Shown: positions 1-14,813, counted from the stretch's first letter. The stretch: DNA of 64,000 nt from Octopus vulgaris (GCA_951406725.2 OX597824.1:28768001-28832000), one strand, 5' to 3'. Program-made: numbers and translations. Notes: generated by a model not told the origin, from the letters alone.

Positions 1-341
1 GTTTCAAGGCTTTAAGGCGATCCCAATAATCGAGAGCAGCCATGCCGTCAATTCGTTTAGTGAGTGCCCTCTGGGGTGACTCAATCCTCGAGATGTTTTG
101 TCTTGTATTGGGAGACCACAGTGGGCAGCAGTATTCGAGGTGTGGCCGTACAAAGGAGGAGAAAAGTGGTATGATGACACCTTGTTCTATGGACCGGAAA
201 GTTCTTAAGATCCAGGAACTCATCCTACGAGCTATACCGACCTTCTTGTTGATGTGTGCACTCCAACTGAGATCGTCATCAACTGATGTTTTGTCTTGTA
301 TGGGGAGACCACAGTGGGCAGCAGTATTCGAGGTGTGGCCG

Positions 342-343
<2 letters not shown>
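1..343 (-). mobile_element. CR1-like LINE fragment (C-terminal part of RT ORF), cut by window edge
   Basis: Minus-strand translation of 287->1 is open: VDDDLSWSAHINKKVGIARRMSSWILRTFRS...FVRPHLEYCCPLWSP...IESPQRALTKRIDGMAALDYWDRLKALK, matching the CR1-type RPHLEY..PVWSP region. 285-343 re-copies 92-150. Confidence 0.88.
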
Positions 344-410
<67 letters not shown>

Positions 411-488
411 GTGTATATCAACTTCACTCATAGGCTATGAAGGGAAACGAGGCTATAGAAGATGATATTTAATCAAGTTGCGAGGCAA

Positions 489-575
<87 letters not shown>
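489..575. repeat. (GATA)n microsatellite
   Basis: Perfect tetranucleotide array. Confidence 0.98.
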
Positions 576-576
<1 letters not shown>

Positions 577-984
577 AACTTCATTCTTATAAATAAGGTA
601 CGACGGTACTGAAAACTTGTATTCGTCGGCAACCATTTCTGAGAATCGCACTACCTCTATGATTTATTCATTGTTAAATCTTATCAATACTCAGTTATTC
701 CTCACTGCCCTTCCACAAACATTACATTAACTATTAAAATTCAATATGTATTCGCTATTCTTGCAATAGAATATACAAGTTAACTTCATTATTTCTGCGT
801 TACGTGAAATATTTTGTAATAGATAACTTGACGGCGATTTTCATATGCATTATACATGCCATTATTTCTCTCTCCCTTTCTCCCGCACTCTCTACGATTT
901 CACTCTCTCTCTCTTTCTCTCTCTCTCTCTCAGCTTGTTTATCTACCTATTTAGCTGACTATTTATCTCTGTCTAAGTATCTCA

Positions 985-986
<2 letters not shown>

Positions 987-1041
<55 letters not shown>

Positions 1042-1093
1042 GCTAGCTAGCTAGCTAGCTAGCTAGCTATCTATCTATCTATCTATCTAACTG

Positions 1094-1127
<34 letters not shown>

Positions 1128-1220
1128 CATCTATCTTTCTATTTATATATATGTATATATACATATATATATATATAGATAGATAGATATAGATATAGAT
1201 ATAGATATATATATATATAG

Positions 1221-1248
<28 letters not shown>
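987..1248. repeat. Compound (TCTA)n/(TAGC)n/(TA)n microsatellite
   Basis: Directly visible. Confidence 0.95.
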
Positions 1249-1251
<3 letters not shown>

Positions 1252-1408
1252 TGTCTATCTATCCATCTACATTTCCTAATCCTTGATAAACAGGCAAATT
1301 CACACCTGTTTTTGAAATTGTCTGTATGAACGTTTGCATTTATATATGATTTTGTGTGCCTATATCGATATGTGTGTATATGTACATATGAATGTATTTA
1401 TGTATGTA

Positions 1409-1439
<31 letters not shown>

Positions 1440-1473
1440 GTATGGAAATACATATATATGTATGTATACATAT

Positions 1474-1690
1474 CTTTTACTCTTTTACTCTTTTATTTGT
1501 TTCAGTTATTTGACTGCGGCCATGCTGGAGCACCGCTTTTAGTCGATCAAATCGACCCCAGGACTTATTCTTTTGTAAGCCTAGTACTTATTCTATCGGT
1601 CTCTTTTGCCGAACCGCTAAGTTATGGGGACGTAAACACACCAAGATCGGTTGTCAATCGATGTTGGTGGACAATCCCAGACACAGGAAC
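1474..1690 (-). mobile_element. tRNA-derived SINE family A, 3' half
   Basis: Reverse complement of the 3' half of the full copy at 53493-53900 (GCTCCAGCATGGCCGCAGTCAAA...AAAAGAGT tail). Confidence 0.9.
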
Positions 1691-1708
1691 ACACACATAC
1701 ATACATAT

Positions 1709-1794
<86 letters not shown>

Positions 1795-1797
1795 GTA

Positions 1798-1964
1798 TCT
1801 TTCTGTTGAAGAGCGTAGGTTCGAAACGTTAAAGACTTGTTTCATTTATATTTCCTGAGCGCCATACTAATACAATTTGTTGTTTGTATTCCACCTGCCT
1901 TCATCTTTTGTTTATTTCCGTAAACCTCCCTTCGTCTTTTGTCTATTTTCATAAAGCTTACCGT
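1798..1964 (+). mobile_element. PLE-type non-coding tail (family P1) between (TA)n tracts, with HHR-like motif at 1798-1835
   Basis: TCTTT-CTGTTGA-A-GAGC gtag GTTC-GAAA-CG-TT-AAAGA. Homologous copies at 45392-45493 (-) and 54451-54655 (+). The terminal ~33 nt is tandemly duplicated. Confidence 0.7.
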
Positions 1965-2033
<69 letters not shown>

Positions 2034-4313
2034 ATAATAGAATATGAGGATAAGCCGTTAAATATCAGTTTTGGAGACAGAATGTAACATATTTATTCGG
2101 CACTTGAAGAAAAAAAATGCCTAGAGGCGTATGACGCGCAGGAAGACATTGAAAAATCTCTACATGGGAAGTTGTTAACAATTGCGTAGTAAACTAGGAT
2201 ACATCAGGAAGTAGCAGAATGTGCATCTTTTGAAGAAATAGGATATTAGTTTGGTAAGTAGATGAATGTTATCACTGCTAAAAGAAAACTTGTAAATCAA
2301 TGAGAGGGAAGAAGTTGTGTAAGTTAATTTTTACAGCTGTTTCAAGAATAGTTCTGCGTTCGGAATACTTCACTACATGTTACGTGCAGCCAACGTTTTT
2401 GTAGTAACCTATCTCGTCTTGGGAGGGACAATATATTTACACATAGTAAAATGTGTAAGGAATCAGTATATATGAGAACGATAAGATATATAGAAGCAAG
2501 CACAGATGAAGAGGGAAAGAACTGAAGATTAATTAATCTAAAACTAGAGAAAGATGTCTAGAAAAGTGTTATGTGAGTATTTAGATAGGGAGTAGAGATA
2601 CTTAGGGTATTATGTGAGAAAGGTGAGTCATGGAAGTGTTGCAGTGTTGCAATTAGAATTTCTGAATTCGGTCAAACTGCCAAGAAATGGAGAAGTGTGA
2701 TAGAGAAACGATGTTAGATGCCAGCTTCATCATAGCAGTCCATAAGACAGCGAATGTTCTGAGACATTATAGTAAGTAAACATCATTGAAAGGTACTGCA
2801 AGTTCTCTAAACCCATTGCAATGTCAGTAACCTTTCCATATCATCAGCGGGTATTTTAGGTTAAGTGCTTTGTCCCTTCATACGTACCCTTTGCCTGGCT
2901 GGGGCAGCGACGACTGAATTAGTCTTTGTCTGCGATAAGGTCTCCAACTGCGATCTCTCGTCAACAAAATCCATCTTCAGATAATTCACGGTAGAGTGCT
3001 GATCTCCTCCTTGGCTTTCTTCTGCTGTTTAGGTTCCAGATCTTTTATTTTGCATCAAAATAGCGCACCAATCTAGCTGACACCAATAGCTACTAATATA
3101 TCATCACTGGGGCTGTTTTAAGTTAAGCCTTACAAATCCCTGCCATTATATTCTATTTCAGATCTAAGCAAGAAATATCTCCCGTCTTTCAATGCTGTGT
3201 ACTGGTTGTGTGTTTGTGTGTGTGTGCGTGCGAGGGTGTTTTTGTGTGTTCGTACGTGTGTTTGTGTGTGTGAAGTGTGTATGTAAAGGAAAATACTGAG
3301 AAAAGTTTGAAAACGGGTAAAATTTTTCTCTGCATTTAAATGTTTGCGTAATTAAATAAAGTTTAAATTTTAAGCATAAGAGGAGAATAGTTTTAATCCT
3401 ACATTTTTATATATATATGTAAAAAGTTCAATATAAAAATACGTTTTCACAGAATAGATGTTTTTGTATTATAGTTAACTGAACATATATTGGTGTGCTT
3501 TTACATGAGGAAAGGTTAGCATATATAACGCGAGGGAAAAAGAGAGATTGAAAAATGGAGTGCGAGTTACTTCAATATCTTTGTATATAAAAAAGGCATT
3601 AGTGCATGCATTTCTTTGTGTATTGTGGCTACAATCTGTTTCGTCGAAGAAGAAATATTTAATATTTAACTGACCAGGGTCCAGTTTACGCTGATATTCA
3701 GCTATCCAAAGTTCTGGGTAATTTTTACATATATAGATGTGTGTGTGCGTGTGTGTGTGTTCGTGTGTATGTGTCTGTGTCTGTGCGTGTGTCTGTCTGT
3801 TTGTATGTGTCTGTATCTGTGGAGGTTGTATACATATACATACAGATATACACAGATATACACACACACAAACACACACATATTATAGAGAGATGTTTAT
3901 ATATATTTATATGTGTATCTATATGAATATATCTGAATGTAGGTGTATGCACGTATATATATATATATGCAGACACACCTCATACTATCTAAATCACAGC
4001 TTAAGTATTATATTGCAAGGAATTATATGTTAAACAAACTGGAATATCACTGCTCCGTACATCGGTTTGGCAGATCACTGTATCAGTCATCAAGTTTGGG
4101 GAAATATATACTTCCATGTTATTTAATATTTAATATACAATACATAGCAGTGTTGGACATACAGCTAATAAACAAGGTACATTTACAGAAGAATGTATTA
4201 AGGTTATAACATGTATGTTCAAAAACAAACACATCAGCACATAAATCCATGTAATATATCATATATGTGTGCATGATTATATATACATATGAATATATAT
4301 GATTACATATATA

Positions 4314-4365
<52 letters not shown>

Positions 4366-4847
4366 ATACATACATACACGCAGGCACACACATACATGTA
4401 TGCATTATGAAGACATGCACACGCTCACACGCGCACGCACGCACATACGCATATATATATATATGTACATTTATTTATGTACAGTCGCATAGATACATAC
4501 AAAAATGTATACACAGACACACACAAACACATATATATATAGGTCTGTATCAAATGCGTATATATGACTGTGTGTATGTATATGAATGTAAATTTTCAGA
4601 TATATTTACGTTTATTTATGCACAATTTCAATATATATTCACTTATAAACACTTCGTTACGTGTATAAATTTACTTAACCATATTTAATATCAAGAATTT
4701 GTCCATATCGAGATATCACGTGGAAGTGTTATATCTCATCGATTATGTGTTATATATATATATATATTTATGTTGATCATAGAATGATAGTTGGATAGAT
4801 ATAAATATATATAAAGTGTGCAATAATATATATGTACGTGTGTGTAT

Positions 4848-4878
<31 letters not shown>

Positions 4879-4914
4879 ATATAAGCGTGTATTAAACATA
4901 CAAATATATAAATG

Positions 4915-4954
<40 letters not shown>

Positions 4955-6465
4955 TTTATATACGCTACTTGGAGCGGTAAGGAATACATTAGTTCTGCAA
5001 CAGCACGTGTACATGTCAAAGATACCAATCGCTTATCTATGTACCAGGATATATTCATGCACATACTTGCACACATACAGACACATAAATACACACATCT
5101 ACACACGCAATACTCATACATACTCATTCATACACAATTATTTATATGCACACACACACATATTTGTATATAAACATATGTTGATAGATAGCTATATTGA
5201 CATGCTCACATATACGTGTATTTGTGTGTGTGTGTGTGAGTGTGTGTGTGTATTCATATGTATATGCAAATATACATACACGTGTATATATGTCGATATA
5301 TATGTAGATAGATTCATAAGATAATTTAATATTTATATAATAGACAAACATATGGAGGAATAAATAGAGTGATGTATAGATAGATCGATTGATAGATAAA
5401 TATATAGATAGGAACTTAGATCTAGATACATAGATATTGATAAGCATATCGATGACCTTCTGACATGCTACGTTTTTCAGATTGTGGATTGAAATATTTT
5501 CATATTTAATACAAAAAGCTTGCATATCATGATTTCTCATTCGATTCTATTTTGGTGTGTGCATATTATATAATGCCATATTATATAATGCCAGATATTA
5601 AACGTGATATGCATTATATAATTTATATATTATCTCAAATGTAATTTATGAAGAGGTATTTAATTACGTGAGAAATTCAGCTGGGTTTATTTAGAGATCG
5701 AGAAATATTAACACGGATGTAATGTGACTACATAGATACATAAATGCATACATATACCTATGTGCAGAGATTGAGGCGAGTAAGGAGGCAAAATACATCG
5801 ATTAAGATATATAAGTACTAATTTTATATTGGTAGACCGAGTCTACCCACCAGCGTTATTACCATGAAATAGAACATTATTTGAAGGCTGCATCTATAGA
5901 AAGCTTCTTGTACTAGTGAACAAAAACATATTTATACACTCACACCTACTCAAACACGAACACACAGACACATATGAGTGTGTGTTCGAGTGTCTGTACA
6001 TGTATATTAAATTATGTGCATGTATATATGCATATATACACACATATACACACAAACACACACATATATGTGTTGTCTTTGTTTTGACTGAATGTATATC
6101 TTATCTATATAGGCTCGATTTTATTTCGATCCTATATATGTTTTTATTTATACGTTTCTTGTCTGTGTAGTTTATTATTATTATTTTTCTTTTTGACTAA
6201 ATTTATCGTGTTTCTCAGATTCTTCTTAGAACTACTAAAATGCAACACCTACCCAGATATACTTTGTTATAAGGCTACTCGAAATGGTAAGGAAAAACAG
6301 TGAAATGCTTCGTTAAAAAGTCACCTGACGAGGTGCATTTTGCCACTGTGATGCGAGACAGTCGATTGCATAGCATGTCAGACATGGGATACAGGTGCAA
6401 AATCAGTCAAAACTATTGTAGAAGAATCTTATGAATTACTTAACGTCTCTTTCGCTCTTTATCTC

Positions 6466-6557
<92 letters not shown>

Positions 6558-6638
6558 GAGAGAGAGATACATATATAGGCGTGTATGTATAAATATGTGT
6601 GTGTACATTAAATATATATATACATGCACACACACATA

Positions 6639-6930
6639 CAATGGGAAGATCACGTTACCAACAAGGTTTTTCGTGGCGCATTACTACCAAGTGTCTAAGC
6701 CACCATGTTTCACCATCGTCCCCGCTGGGCAGGTCATATCCCGCGTATGGAGTCCTCTCGTCTCCCAAGGATCATGCTCTACGGAGAAGATGCAATCGGA
6801 ACAAAACCAAGAGGAGGTCCGAAATTCCGTTTTAAAATCCAGCTTAAACGGACCTTGGCTCAGGCTAACATCCAGCCATCCTCATGGGAACAGATTGCCA
6901 TGGATAGGACAGGCTGGAGGACTGCAATTA
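6639..6930 (+). mobile_element. RTE-like LINE fragment (C-terminal region)
   Basis: [22 protein letters not shown]...[19 protein letters not shown]...[12 protein letters not shown], the typical RTE/BovB C-terminal motif series. Confidence 0.88.
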
Positions 6931-7030
6931 TACCTGTTTCTTTCTTGTCAGCAAACTTTTCGGAAACTTTTCTTCCAGAAAGAAACAACTCTTCGGTACT
7001 ATTCAAAAACAAAAAGTACATATATTATAT

Positions 7031-7098
<68 letters not shown>

Positions 7099-7190
7099 GT
7101 ATACACACAAATATATAGATATATATTGTTTATATACATATGTATGAGTGAGTATGCGTCTATTTGTATTTGTATATATATATTATATAT

Positions 7191-7348
<158 letters not shown>

Positions 7349-7950
7349 TATATATATATATGTATAGATATAAAGATATATATATTCATACATATATGCA
7401 TGCTGTTTTCTGAACAGTTTCCTCCACCAATAACCCCCATCAGACCCATCATAAAAGAATCTCCTTCCAACATTCTCACAAGAATTTATTATCCATTATC
7501 CCTGTCAGTAAAAATTTGGTCACACCTTCACATTTCTCTTACATCTCTGGATGAAAGATGGAGTAAAATTCTAAAGCATTCTTGTTTACAATATTGTAAT
7601 ATTATTCGCTGATTATTTTATAATTCCTGAATTTCTGGCATCATTATTTATATACATCACAGCAATGCTATGAATTGCCAAGGTATCAATCATTTGTGAG
7701 TGTAAGAAAGATGATGATGCTGATGTATGTATATATGTATGTATGTTTTTGTGTGTAGGACGTCTTGTAAGTACCTACGTATATATATATATATACTTAG
7801 ATACACGATGTCTGGCATATATAAACACACACATTTATACAAATGCAAAATTATATATCTATAGATAGATAGATGAAAACATAGGAGCAAAAGTTGTATG
7901 CACATATGTACACAAGCATATACACACAGAGAGATAAACACACACACACA

Positions 7951-8020
<70 letters not shown>

Positions 8021-8169
8021 TGTATATGAATTTACATATGTATTCGCATGCATATATACATATTTATACAAAGAGAAAGTGACTGAGAGATTGAGAGATA
8101 CACTCTTATACACACTCGCATATATTTATATATATGTGTGTGTGTGTATGTGTGTGTGCGTGTGTGTGT

Positions 8170-8459
8170 GGAGGCGCAATGGCCTAGTGGTTAGGGCAAT
8201 GGCCTCGCGGTTGTAGGATCGCGGTTTCGATTCCTAGAACGGGCGTTGTGAGTGTTTATTGAGCGAAAACAATTAAAGCTCCGCGAGGCTCCTGCAGGGG
8301 GTGGTGGCGATCCCTGCCGTACTCTTTCGCCACAACTTTCTCTAACTCTTTCTTCTGTTGGCCTGCTCGCTTAGCCAGCGGGGTGGCATCATTTGAAGGC
8401 TAAAACAATGCGAAGCGCATTGTGACCAGCGGTCGGTCACGGTGATCACGGCGATCACG

Positions 8460-8463
<4 letters not shown>
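8170..8463 (+). mobile_element. tRNA-derived SINE family C (tail 1)
   Basis: A box TGGCCTAGTGG, B-box-like GTTTCGATTCC, tail GCATTGTGACCAGCG...(CACGGTGAT)n. Inverse copy at 40825-41135. Confidence 0.88.
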
Positions 8464-8524
<61 letters not shown>

Positions 8525-8565
8525 CGACAGATACACATACATACATACATACATACATACATACA

Positions 8566-8597
<32 letters not shown>

Positions 8598-9022
8598 CAC
8601 ATACATACATTCTTATATAAGTGTGGGTGGGTGTTTATGTTATGATAAAAACAATCTTACGTTAAACTGAAGCATTACTCAATGCATTTGGTAGAGTAGA
8701 AATTTATTATTCTTTACACGGATAGTATTGGCACTGATTTCAATTATTCGGACAACTAAGTCATCAAAGCATACTTATTGATGTATGTGTATATACACAC
8801 ACATCAATTCTGCTACAAGAATAGCAAAAAGAAGTATTGATGAAATATTTACTAACAAAAAATAACAAAGGAGTATCCTGCATGTTGAAAACATATTTGG
8901 TCGTATGCGTCCGAGGAGAACAGTTTATTTCAAATTGCTGTAATGTTTGTACTGATAGGTTAAATGGAGCCGCTTGAAACGGCCGTAATGCACTGATACC
9001 TGGACATCCATCTTATTTTCTT

Positions 9023-9053
<31 letters not shown>

Positions 9054-9194
9054 ATGCTCGTATGTATACACGCACATATTCATATTTAAACTTTTATAGA
9101 TATACGTACATGCACTCGCACTATTACCCGTTTTTGCAGGAGATAAGTGATCGATCTGTTGAATTGTTTGCGAGCCGCACAATATCTAAGGACC

Positions 9195-9590
9195 AGCTGC
9201 AAGGTTAAAATACTCGCTTCACATCATCGCAGTTCCGGTTCCGTCCCACTGCAGGGCACTAGGACAAGCGACAGCTAGTATATTACTTGGCACTGACCAT
9301 AGACGGAATCTGTGGAGAAGTCTCTCATCAAGAAATGTATATATATATTTATTAATATGAGTGTTTCTTATTGTTTGTTGTTCACCCATTGGTATAGCCA
9401 TATTTGTTTGTTTGATTTAGCCTCTACTCCATCACTTGAGAAGTGTTAGTGTGTTTACGTCCCCTTGAATTAGCGGTTCTGTGAAAGAGACCAGTGGAAA
9501 AATCCATGGTTTAAAAACATATACTAGGTCGATTTGTACAACTAAACCCTTCATTACGTGTCCCAGAATAATTAAAGAAGAAAAAGATTC
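9195..9590 (+). mobile_element. Highly diverged SINE family A copy
   Basis: GTTCCGGTTCCGTCCCACTGC and GTGTTTACGTCCCC..TTAGCGGTTC..AAAGAGACC blocks in family A order. Confidence 0.6.
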
Positions 9591-10169
9591 AAAATAACGA
9601 TACCAAACGAGAAACACATATTTAGTATATATTATTACAAAATCTCTGAATTTAAAGTAGGCAACTAGAATTTTCTTCAGACAAGCAATCAAATCTGCAA
9701 AGTTGAGTTAGGATTAGGGTTACTTATATTATACCCTTCAGGACTCAAACTGTTTCAACGAAAACATAATTATGGCAGATTTTCGTCGGTTCCCTATGCA
9801 TTTACGTCAATGAGAAAACGATACACTCACAGCATTAGATACAAAACCATTTGCCGATATCACATCCATACTTATATTCGATGGCAAAGACAATACGCTT
9901 TTTCTTTCTCAAATTGTCTGGAAAAAAATTATCATCTAGGTTCCAATATGCTAAGTTGGGATACTCATATGTACAAAAATGTTTTATCTTGGAAAATGTG
10001 TTGCTGGAACTGGAATGTGGTCTTGTCTTTGATGCTTCATGAGCCCGACCAGGAAGGATCCTGAAAGGAACCTGTGAAAGTTTATGTTGCATGGCCAAAT
10101 CAAAGTGTTTTGAAAAATTAGATAGTTTTATATATATATATAAATATATACATATATATATATATATAG

Positions 10170-10205
<36 letters not shown>

Positions 10206-10652
10206 GCAAATTATGTATATATATATATATATATATGACACTCATATACACACGCACACATATACATAAACACGCACATACGACTACACATGCAACAACA
10301 CTCCATATGATTTTTCAATTTACAAAGAAACCAAAAATCCCCGTTCTACAATTTACCTCACCAACTGATTCTATACGTAAGATTCTAAATTTGATATAGT
10401 TTGAAGAATAGCTAAGTTAAACTGAAAATTTATTTAACTTTTGATATTGTTTATGTATTGACATATCTAGATATATACGTGCATACATAAGTATGTATGT
10501 ATGTATGTATGTATGTATAAGAATTTAGAATCTTCGAGATAAGAAATAAATCATATTCGGAACTGTGGGTCTCGAAGCACATGAAGCTATTAATAATTAG
10601 TTATAGTAGTTTTTAAACATACAACTTTTTTCTACCCAAATATATACAAGGA

Positions 10653-10830
10653 CGGCGACGTGGTAGAATCGTTAGCACGCCGGGCAAAATGCTTGGCGGT
10701 ATTGCGTCCGTCTGCACGTTCTAAGATCAAATTCCACTGTGTCGACTTTGCCTTGCATCCTTTCGGAGTCGATAAATTAAGTACCAGACCTTGAAAGGAA
10801 TAATTATAGATTTAACTGCGTCGAGATCCA
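10653..10830 (+). mobile_element. SINE family B (MetaSINE-like central domain), partial
   Basis: GGCGACGTGGTAGAATCGTTAGCACGCCGGG head and GTCGACTTTGCCTTGCATCCTTTCGGAGTCGATAAATTAAGTACCAG block. Confidence 0.8.
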
Positions 10831-10984
10831 CCGTTCCCACTAAAATATTATATATGTCTCAGGCTGTGTTCACGTTATACATATATGTAAACGCACATGG
10901 ATATAAATATGTATATATATTTATATGTATTTATATTTATATTTTTCGTGCACGCACACACACACACACACACACATACATACT

Positions 10985-11390
10985 CTCTCTTTATTCTTTA
11001 CTCTTTTACTTGTTTCAGTCATTTGACTGCGGCCATGCTGGAGTACTGCTTTTAGTCGAGGAAATCGACTCCAGGACTTATTCTTTGTAAGCCTAGTACT
11101 TATTCTATCGGTATCTTTTGCTGAACCGCTAAGTTACGTGAACGGAAACACACCAGCATTGGTTGTCAAGCAATGTTAGGTAGACAAACATATATATATA
11201 CATATATACGACGGGCTTCTTTCTGTTTTCGTCTACCAAACCCACTCACAAGGCTTTGGTCGGCCCGAGGCTATAGTAGAAGACACTTGCCTGAGATACC
11301 ACGCAGAGGGACTGAACCCAGAACCATTTGATTGGTAAGCAAGCTACTTGCCACACAGCCACTCATGCGCCAATTGCCACGCAGTGGGAC

Positions 11391-11394
<4 letters not shown>
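10985..11394 (-). mobile_element. SINE family A, full length
   Basis: Reverse complement of the family A consensus seen at 53493-53900. Short re-copied segment GCCACGCAGTGGGACTGAA at 11376-11394. Confidence 0.92.
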
Positions 11395-11452
<58 letters not shown>

Positions 11453-11455
<3 letters not shown>

Positions 11456-11694
11456 AGGGCAAACTTTATTAATCAATTAATAATTAATAATTTTACCAAG
11501 TAGTTCGGTATGTTAAAAGAACCATTATCGATAAACTTATACTAAAATTCTATAACTATGAGCATATTGAGTATTGCTGTCTGGGAGACTTCTTATGGTA
11601 GTAGAATTGTATTTTAACTGCTATTTCTAAGTTACGGTATGTGGTGAAGCAAATTTTGCTGAACCCTAATTACAATTATGCTCATAATTATAGA

Positions 11695-11696
<2 letters not shown>
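11453..11696. mobile_element. Foldback mini-element with one-sided tail (same family as 45786-46052)
   Basis: Inverted arms ATTCTATAACTATGAGCATA / TATGCTCATAATTATAGAAT. Core TATTGCTGTCTGGGAGA...GAAGCAAATTTTGCT shared with the copy at 45.8 kb. Confidence 0.75.
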
Positions 11697-11726
<30 letters not shown>

Positions 11727-12263
11727 GTTTGTATGTATGTATGTATGTATGTATGTATGTATGTATGTATGTATGTATGTATGTATATATATATATATAT
11801 ATATGTATATTTATTCATATATATATATATATATCCAGATGTACCTATTTGTTGTCAGCAAAAATAGAGGCACAGAGTTACGAATTAAGAAAGTTGTATA
11901 ATTAGATAAAAAAGTTTTTACTTTTCCAAACTTCTAATTCCTTTCTACAGTTCAATATCTAATTATACGATAAACAGTTTATATGATAGCGAAGAAACAA
12001 ACAGCTCTATCAATAGTCTTCGTAAGATAGGGAATAATCGATCTATACCACCTGACGATTTATAGGAAGTGAATACTTATGGAGAATTCTATTAAGAAAT
12101 AAGAGATTATGTTGCCAGTCACCCTACCCCCGGAAAATGAATATGCAAACGGAACGATACATTAATATGGAGATAGAGTCACTGGCGTACAAACGGTGAA
12201 CCGTTAGCAGTATATACATGTGTTTGTGTGTATATGTATATCTATATATACAAAAACACACAT

Positions 12264-12326
<63 letters not shown>

Positions 12327-12555
12327 TATATATACGTACTCACGCGTATGTGTGTGTATGTGTCTGTGTGCATTTATATATATATATATTGTTCGCACAA
12401 TTAAATTCCTATTAATTTTGTTTATCTCTTCAACTTTGGTTTAAGATAACAAAAAATAGGCATACGTGCGCATATGGGTGTGAGTGTGTGTGGGAAGAGC
12501 AGATAAGTGCGTGCATGTATGTAAAATTATGTATGTATCTCTATATGTAGATCTT

Positions 12556-12619
<64 letters not shown>

Positions 12620-12718
12620 TTGTCGCTTCAAATGGGAGAATAAATATCATTATGATATATATTATATACAGGTATCATATGTTTATCTCCATATAAACTG
12701 ATATATATATATATATAC

Positions 12719-12786
<68 letters not shown>

Positions 12787-12926
12787 GATCTTATGTGTTT
12801 GTATGAGTGTTGCTTGCATACAAGGATGCATCCGCCTTGTTTTCTTTCTGTGGGGAAATAATGTGTATGTGTTTGTGTGTCCGAGTGCGTGTCTTTATGT
12901 GCATGAGTGTGCGTGTGTGTGTGTCT

Positions 12927-12979
<53 letters not shown>

Positions 12980-13167
12980 TGTGTGTGTGTGTGTGTGAGT
13001 ACGTGCGTGTGTGTGTGGGCATACTTTGTGTGTGTGTGTATATTTGTCTAATTTCAAGCTTAATACGAGCTGGAGAGTTTACTGAGAAGAACTTCGATCT
13101 GATGTATTCTCTTCAACTTCCCTCTCACATTCATCTTCGCACCACTAATATTGTCAGCTTGATGGCA

Positions 13168-13470
13168 CCATCACAACCATCATCATCATCATCATCATCA
13201 AACATCGTCATCTTCATCACCAAAATCATCATCATAACCATCTTCGCCAACACTATCAATATCATCATTGTCGTCGTTGCCATCATCATCTTTATCATCA
13301 TTATCATCGTCATCATCATAATCATCATAATCATCATAGTAGTCAACATTGTTATCACCATCATCACCATCATCATCATCACCATCGCCACCATCACCAT
13401 CGCTGCCAGTCGCCATCACTATCATTATCACCGTCGTCAACAACATCATCATCATCATCATCGTCATCAC

Positions 13471-13516
<46 letters not shown>

Positions 13517-13561
13517 GTCATTATCATCATTATCATCAACATCATCATCACCATTATCATC
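13168..13561. repeat. Degenerate (CAT)n/(CAC)n trinucleotide array
   Basis: Directly visible; source of poly-H/poly-I/poly-D pseudo-ORFs. Confidence 0.95.
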
Positions 13562-13965
13562 TGTCATATACATAGTCCAGGTGTGCAAGCTTCCTCCCAC
13601 CTTCCTCGACTAACTATCTCAGCACCAAATATCCAAAACTTTATTCAGTTATAATGTTTGCCTTGAAATGTTGTAACACCAACATTATACTCCACATACC
13701 AACAACAACAACAACAACAACAGCAAAGATGACAGCAGTAATTCCATGACAACAACTACAACAACTATTTCCACAACAACTATAACTATAACTATAATAT
13801 ACCAACACAAACAAAACAAAAAAATAGACAAAAATAAAGATTTCACATTCTCAAAATATAAATGACATAATCACACGTTGCAGATATGCAAGCGTACACG
13901 CATCCACACCTGCTTCCGTATCAAATACACATGCACATTCACACACACGCGCACACACACACACA

Positions 13966-13998
<33 letters not shown>

Positions 13999-14245
13999 GC
14001 ATACACATATATGCAGAAGCGCGCGACCAAACACACGCATGCATAGATACGGATTCACACACAAACATACATTTAATCGCGCCTACATTTATATCCATAA
14101 ACTGAGATTCGCCTGTGCGCACGCATATACACACGTACAAATACACCACACACACACACACCCGTATATGTATGTATACACACACACATACATATAATTA
14201 TGTTTATAAATATCTATCTATCTATATATATATGTGTGTTATATA

Positions 14246-14298
<53 letters not shown>

Positions 14299-14438
14299 CA
14301 CATAAGACACGTTCACATACATATACTCACATATACACACAAACAGACGCACGGAGCCACACACACACACACACTCACACATAAACACACATAAACACAC
14401 ACCCGGATATTGACAGATAAAAACACACTTATACGCAT

Positions 14439-14469
<31 letters not shown>

Positions 14470-14813
14470 TATGACGAACTGTGCCAGCAAGAACACATGC
14501 ACACATTCACACAACACGTTCACATGTACACGACGCGCATTAATACAACTATGGAAGCGCACAGCTATTAACAAACACACCTCCGCGTGAACAAACAGGA
14601 AAAAACAACAAAACAGTCCGATAAAAAGAGTAAATCTCATAAAGATATTAAAGGTAATCTATGGAAAGAAGACGGTGAAATAATTGAATATCATGGAATT
14701 GGTGGAAACGATGAAAAGGTGAAGAAATTATAAAGATATTTGATAAAACACCAAACATTTCAGATACTATTTAATAGAGAAAAATAAAGAGAGGCAGATA
14801 ATGTTTGAATGTG

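Noticed and set aside
2325-2425. GAAACAGCTGTA on the minus strand, HHR-like
   Set aside because: No convincing CUGANGA core or stem I. Similarly weak cases near 7410, 26090, 32600 and 33700 are not called.
6219-6286. Exon-like segment (branch point, TTTCTCAG acceptor, G|GTAAGG donor, one open frame)
   Set aside because: Sequence reads as a decayed RTE-like C-terminal remnant and no partner exons were found; cannot be supported without RNA data.
9690-9785. Telomere-like GTTAGGATTAGGGTTA between short inverted repeats
   Set aside because: Only two imperfect units and an 8-bp inverted repeat; too weak.
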